A stretch of 61,915 nucleotides of DNA, the filler included. It is 13 parts of 13 records of this genome, joined end to end, with 100 filler letters (N's around TTAATTAATTAA, not from the genome) between each part and the next. Parts side by side here need not be neighbours in the genome. Positions count along the whole stretch, not along the records: positions 53,692 to 58,570 come from SRR7504441_19327; positions 58,671 to 61,915 come from SRR7504441_19332; 11 more parts are not named here. One strand, 5' to 3'. Numbering within the stretch: position 1 is the stretch's first letter; each line of letters opens with the position of its first letter. The translations under genes and the position numbers were made by a program. Below are positions 56,331 to 61,915 of the stretch, one piece after another. A model generated the notes under the pieces. It was not told the origin of the DNA and did no database searches. It saw only the letters and a program-made list of their open reading frames with translations.

Positions 56331-58570
56331 ATGGCGAGCAGCGCGTTCATCGGGTTTCTGAAGGCGTGCAAGTCTGGGGATCCTGCCCGGATCGGCGCCC
56401 TCATCGCTGACCAGATGAAGAACCACATCAACTGGGCTGCCAACGGCGGCTCGCACGCGGCCTATTTCAAGAGCTGCGGCGGCGGCTGGAGCGCACTGCA
56501 CGAGGCTACGTGCACCGTGACAGCAGACTCGGACCAGGGCTGGTCCAACTGCACCATTCAGGCCGATCAGCAGGTGGGCGGGCGCACGGTCCGTGGGGTG
56601 CTCCGCTGGACTGCGGCGTTCAGCGGGGGGCTGGTGGCCGGCTGGAAGGACGGAGTCAGCTTCCTGCCGGATGGCGGACTCGATCGCAAAGTGCTCCCTG
56701 CCCGGCAGCTCGGGAGCGGGTCAGTGGTGCTGATGCGCCGGCCGTACCAGCACCTTCTGGTGCGGACCAAGCTGAGGCTCGTCCCGTCCCAGTACGACTG
56801 GTCGCCCTGGCGCCACGGTGTGGCCCGCAATAACTTGTACTCACTGGGGCGCAGGCCAAGCCTTCGTCTGGGGTGTCCGGTGAGAGGCGGAGGGTTGCTC
56901 ACTGTGTGTGAGCGTATGCAGGTGCCCTGGGCTGGACCCAGAGGACGGTTCGAGGGGTCAGACTGGTCGCGTGTCAATTGAAAGCGACAGCAACATCAGG
57001 CACATCGCCGGGCTGCAATCTATCGCGGCTGGGCTCGTCCCGTTCGACCATCTGGACCGGGTCCGCATCACGCACAATATTCTGATCTGGGAATGTCGGC
57101 TCGTACCTCAGTCAGAGGTGGATAACGGCACTGCGGCGGAGCTAGAAGAGGGGTTCACTGTTGCACCCGCCGCACGACTTAGTCCAGAAGAACGGTCCAG
57201 ATTCTTGTTTGACACCCGCGAGCATGGGTTGGCCGATAGAGAGCAGATGCTAGCCGAGTTGCGTGCACGCGGGCTGCATCGGGCCGACGGGATGACAGAT
57301 TACGCCTTCGTCCAACAGTTGGCCGCCAGAGTCCACGATCACATCACTTACCACGCGGGTAACGACATGGCTATGAATCAAGGCAAGCCGCCATCGCACG
57401 CTTTCAAGAGTGGCTTTGGACAATGCGGGAGATTTTCAGCGGTCATGGTGTCTGCATGCAGGGCCAGTGGGATACCCGCCAGAATCCTCTATAACAACCC
57501 CAAAGGGGACAAGCCAGCCCGTTTATTCCCACCTTCTGCGGTGCACGTGTGTGCTGAGGTGTGGATCTCAGGCGCTGGGTGCCGCCCTGTGCTAGGTTGA
57601 TTTGATCCTGTGGGCTGCAGATGGGTGCTGATCGAGCCTCAGGGCGGTGTTCTTGGGGACTTTGTGAATTATATGGGCCTTGACACGGATGTTGCCCCTT
57701 TGGCTTCATTTAGAGACAGTGAACTGCTGTATGGCGAGCCCCCAGCTGGCCTGAGCGTGGGCGATGCGTTTGCCAAGTACGATAAAAACAAGAATGGGGT
57801 CCTCGAGGGTCAGTAGCAAGGCAGGCGGGCGTGAAACTTGCACTGTGCTGCAGGTGATGAGATTGTCGCGATGCTCGGAGAAGTGCTCGGCTGGCCAACA
57901 CCAATCCCATCTCAACAGAGGTGGCCACCCTGTAATGACTCTCGTATACCTGCTCTGTTGCGTGGATGCTTAGCAAGGCTTCAGCCGCGGTTCTAATCCT
58001 AACGGCAGGCATGTATTGGATGAGGCATTGGCCGTTTTGGACAAGGACAGCAATATGCGCATCAGTCAAACCGAGTTGCAGTCAGCATTGGATAGCGGAC
58101 TGTTGGTGTCCAACTCCCGGCTGTTCCGTGTAGGTCAGGCTACCGGCGGAATTCTCTTGCAGCAGTCCGCTAGTAGGCCTGCGAGCCTGCTAGATGGCTC
58201 GGAGCTTCGAGTCTTTGCCATGCCAGGACCAATCGAGGAGCGTATCCAAGAGGATGAAAAGTGCCATATACCAAGAGCAACCAACCCACTTGCCCTCCTT
58301 GCAAATCAAGCATACCCGGTGGCTGAGTTCATTTACGATAAAGTCACGGTGTACAATGTTGAGCCCAAGACAGCTCAGCGCAGGGACTTGATCACTGATT
58401 GGGGTGATGGTCCCGACTTTGATTTGGAGGCTCATCCAATATTACTTGAATCAGACCAACAGTCCGGCCTAGGTCCACGTCAGCAGTTCCTGAAGTCAGA
58501 TCTAGCCCAAGTTCGCGAGCGGTACTCCCAGCCTGGATCAGAGGCTGATGCCAAGGCATGGGCTGCCAGC
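56331..58570 (+). CDS. transglutaminase-like domain protein with EF-hands, 3'-partial
   Basis: GQCGRFSAVMVSACRASGIPARI (Cys at 57424), HVCAEVW (His at 57544), spliced GAGWVLIEP; EF-hands DKNKNGVLE and DKDSNMRISQTEL. Confidence 0.8.
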
Positions 58571-58670
58571 NNNNNNNNNNNNNNNNNNNNNNNNNNNNNN
58601 NNNNNNNNNNNNNNTTAATTAATTAANNNNNNNNNNNNNNNNNNNNNNNNNNNNNNNNNNNNNNNNNNNN

Positions 58671-59965
58671 GAACGGCAGGCGGCAGCAGACGCGTTGGCT
58701 CAGCCTCCAGCTGATCAGGTCCAGCCGGCGGCTGAACCAGCCCCCACGGCTGAGCCGGCACCAGTGGCCGCAGCGCTCTGGAACTCGGACCGGGTTTACG
58801 TCAAGCTGAGTCCAAGAGAACAAGCAGACGGCCAGAAGTCAAGAGTAGTCGGGGAGCACAGCGGCTGGATCCGTGCGGCTGCGGTGGCCGGCAGCGTGCT
58901 GGTCACTGCTGGACACGACAACAGGCTCAAATTCTGGGGACTGACAGATACCATGCCCCTGCTCGGCTCGGCCTCGGCTCACAGCCATTGGGTGCGGGCG
59001 GCCGTTGAGTCAGGCTCAGCTGGCGGTGGCAGGTGACGGCTCTGTGCACAATCGATGCCGGGAGGGTGGCCAGTGCCAGCTTTGATGGCACGGTCCGGGT
59101 CTGGGACGTGCCGCAACAGCGGGTGCTCAACGTGCTGAACGGGCACCTGTCCGTGGTGTACACCGTGGCCAAATTCGATGAGTCGAGGCTCGTGTCCGGA
59201 GGGGCCGATCGCAAGCTCAAGATCTGGGATTTGGAGGGCGCTGCGTGCCTGGCCAGCTTGGCAGGGCACGACGACGTGATAGGAGCAGTTGCCAGGGTGG
59301 CCGCCCCTGCGCCGATTGGATCGAATCGCGAGATCAGGTGAACCAGCGGATGGTGGCTAGCGCTGGCTGGGACACAGTGGCTCGGCTGTGGGTGGAGAGC
59401 GCGCAGGGTGAGTCAACGGATAGCTTAGCTCTTAGTCGGTCCGGCAGGTTGGAGCTGCGTGCACGTGCTTGCTGGGCATCGCGACTGGGTCCGGGCTGTT
59501 GCCGCGGTCGAGGTAACTATCCGGCCGGTGCAGGCACGAGCGTTTCGCAGGTTGGGCCGGGAGAGCAGCAAATCGTGACTGGTAGGCCGGTGGTCTGGCT
59601 CGGCTTGCAAGCATGGTCGGACAGGCTCTGACGATGGGACGATCCGGGTGTGGGACCTGGGTGGAGACTGCGTGGCGACTGCAGATGCGCACTACTCATC
59701 GGTCGAGTGAGTCTCTAGCCCTAGGCAAGAGGTGACCATGTGGCGTGTCAACAGATGCCTTGTAGCGCTTCCTGATTGCGAGCTCCTCCTAAGTGGCGGA
59801 GGAGACAGTCGCGTGAGGGCATGGAGATTGTGTGATAATCAATTGGAGTTGCACGACACGTACTTGGAGCATCAGTCCTGCGTTCGATCTATAGCGCACC
59901 ATGAGCGCTGCTTCATTAGCGCTGGGGACGACAAGCAAATCAGGCGATGGGATTTGAGCAATTAG
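58671..59965 (+). CDS. WD40-repeat protein, 5'-partial, multi-exon
   Basis: Repeated GH...SxSxDxTVRVWD units (SASFDGTVRVWD, SGGADRKLKIWD, SAGDDKQIRRWD). Confidence 0.9.
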
Positions 59966-60215
59966 CAGACAGACTGCGCATGGCTGCACAGAAGCTGGTG
60001 TACGTGTTCAAAGAATTCTGACGCTCAACCACTCAACAGACGAGTGCGCTACGCGATCGAGAGGCAAGAGCGCGTGAATGTGGTTTGTTAAGTTCAGCAT
60101 ACTGTACCGCTCCTGCTCCTATTGTACTCCTACTAGTAAACTGATTTATCGCGGCCAGGAGATTAACAGCGGGAGAGACGTTTATACATTTTGCGATTAT
60201 TCCGATGCGGAAAGC

Positions 60216-61492
60216 TTATTTTTGCGTTCTTAGGATGGATGCAGCGACTGATGCCGCACCGAAGCCGTTATCCACATTCACCACCGCCACCTAGACTCAA
60301 TATTGGCTTGCGCTCGAGCCAAGGCTTACCCCGGTTGCACAAGAATTGAGCATTGTCAACAGAGCTGCGACCCCACCAAAGCTAGCTCCATAACCGACAC
60401 TCTGCAGCCCATAGAGCTCAGCCGGCTGTTGGACCGTTTGCAAGCCACCGTCGGGACAGCGATCACTGGCGCCTGGATCAGTCCTGCCCCGCAGCCGTGA
60501 GCTCGGGGTGATCGACCGGGCACCAGCGACTGCGCTGGGCAGTGCACCATCCATACCAGCCACCACCAGCACGACATCTGCCTGCGATATCTTGGGGATC
60601 TCGGCCAAAAGCCTGCAGCTCGCTAAATCAGGCTAGCCAAGCTGAGCACCGGTGGATGCCCGCAACCCCAACATCACAAACTCGTTCGACTGGGATTCCA
60701 AACAGCTCTGCAGCCCGACCGATCAATCGCCGCTGGGCTAAACACACTCACCGCACACAACAGCCGCTTCTTCCGCCACCGGCACGTCTGTGGTTCCGGC
60801 GCAGACCACAGCCACGCTTCCCCGCCTGCCAGACAGGATGCGGACTGCGCCGCTTGTTGGGCTACCAGAGCTCCGGCCTTGGCAGCCCGTGTGTGTGGCC
60901 CGGGGCGCCGCACGCGACTACCCTGGCCACCTCAAAGTATTGCTGCCCCGGAGCTAGGCCGCCGGGTCAGCTGCACAGCCCACCGGGTTGGGTAGCTCTC
61001 TGGTCTCGAGTTCCCGCCACAGGCTGGGGCCAACCCGGGTGGTGAGCACGCTGCCCACACCGGCTGGCCCGCATACGGCCGGCCAGTCGCCTCTGGTCTG
61101 GGTTGCGCTCGACTAGAACTCGGCTTATCTCCGCGATCTGCCGCTGATCAGCCCGGCAGCCCGGCCCCTGCCTGCTCGCTGGTCTTGCCTTCGCCGTAAA
61201 TCACCTCCGGCAGCCCTGTGCTGCCCCGCGCTGGCCACCTCCGACCACACAGCTCACCGCAGCGCTCGGTGGTGGTCCACGGTGGCTGTGCCACCGGCCA
61301 CCGGCTCGGCGAACACGTAGCGCACGCGGTCGAGTGCTTGGTCAACGGACAGCCGGCCCTGCGACGAGCTGAGCCCGCCGGGGAGCCAGGTGCCTGCGCC
61401 AGGCTCTCGAACAGCTGCTGCATCTCCGCCCGCCCAAAGCTCTGGCTGCATACTGTCCGCCGCAGCGCTCCCCGGGCTGCCCGGGTCCACAT
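60216..61492 (-). CDS. larB: LarB/CpmA-family (PurE-like) nickel-pincer cofactor biosynthesis protein, 11 introns, 280 aa, mitochondrial-type presequence
   Basis: Removing 11 introns of 34-47 nt (434 nt total, 3 GC-AG) leaves 843 nt in frame. Motifs: [97 protein letters not shown]. Confidence 0.93.
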
Positions 61493-61915
61493 GCTCACTG
61501 CAGTGCACGTTGTGAAGGGTTTTGGAAGGTGCAGTTCCAGCTGCTGTCGTGCTGTGTGGCGTGTGTGGCAGGAGCACGTTCACCGTAGAGTAGAGCAGGC
61601 TAGAGCGCAAGCCATTGACATGGAGGGAGAGTTGTTGTCAATGCTGTGCGCATGAGGCAATTGGCGGCAGCGGCACTCTCTGGTGACAATCTAAAAGACG
61701 TAAAAGACTAAAACTCGAGCTCCGCCCGCTTCGCCACAACATTACATGAAACACAAGTGCGTGAAATGTACAAGTGCGAGTACATAGTCGGTTACTTAGC
61801 TACTGGCAAAAGTACTCTGAGTTTCTAGGACAATCTGTCCTGACCTGCACTACCCGGTAGATCTGAAGGGAGGCTCGCGCACCGTGAGTACTGGATATTT
61901 TTTTCCAAAACTGCA

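Noticed and set aside
4932-58670. Repeated TTAATTAATTAA flanked by N-runs as a biological repeat or element end
   Set aside because: Identical 100-nt six-frame-stop spacers are an assembly concatenation artefact. Gene neighbourhoods across them are not real, so no window-wide gene cluster is claimed.
5417-61393. Introns as introner-like mobile elements
   Set aside because: Lengths are uniform, but the internal sequences are not similar to one another and I see no consistent terminal inverted repeats or target duplications.
5357-61492. Frameshifted pseudogenes, programmed frameshifting, or a reassigned stop codon
   Set aside because: In the genes I reconstructed fully, every break is repaired by a GT/GC-AG micro-intron, and the spliced lengths are multiples of three (PPG1, trmL, the NTase fusion, the C13-like gene, larB).
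7013-61492. Bacterial contamination (trmL, hflX, larB, transglutaminase-like gene)
   Set aside because: All carry the same host-type micro-introns and sit beside eukaryote-specific genes on the same contigs.

Overview
This is not one locus. It is 13 short contigs joined by 12 artificial 100-nt linkers (N-run, TTAATTAATTAA, N-run), so adjacency across a linker means nothing. The DNA is a GC-rich, gene-dense nuclear genome of a microbial eukaryote whose lineage I cannot assign. Genes are broken by many tiny spliceosomal introns (mostly 34-47 nt) with G-rich 3' ends and frequent GC-AG donors, which is why the ORF track looks fragmented. Manual splicing recovers several coherent genes: a PPG1-like phosphatase, TrmL, an RLK/Pelle-type kinase with RING, GH32, HflX, an HIR-type SPFH protein, an MFS transporter, an S28 peptidase, a CDC14 N-domain-only protein, a PPEF phosphatase, ABCG, an EF-hand RBR ligase, a trypsin, GUCD1, a divergent sirtuin, a CPPED1-like esterase, a transglutaminase-like EF-hand protein and a WD40 protein. 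Most notable are: (1) an 11-intron LarB (nickel-pincer cofactor biosynthesis) with a mitochondrial-type presequence; (2) a MYND-BTB-nucleotidyltransferase fusion; (3) a signal-less legumain-like (clan CD) protease with C-terminal zinc fingers, visible only after splicing; (4) the micro-intron system itself; (5) a GTACGAGTAC motif recurring downstream of genes. All family calls come from motif recognition by eye, not from database searches.
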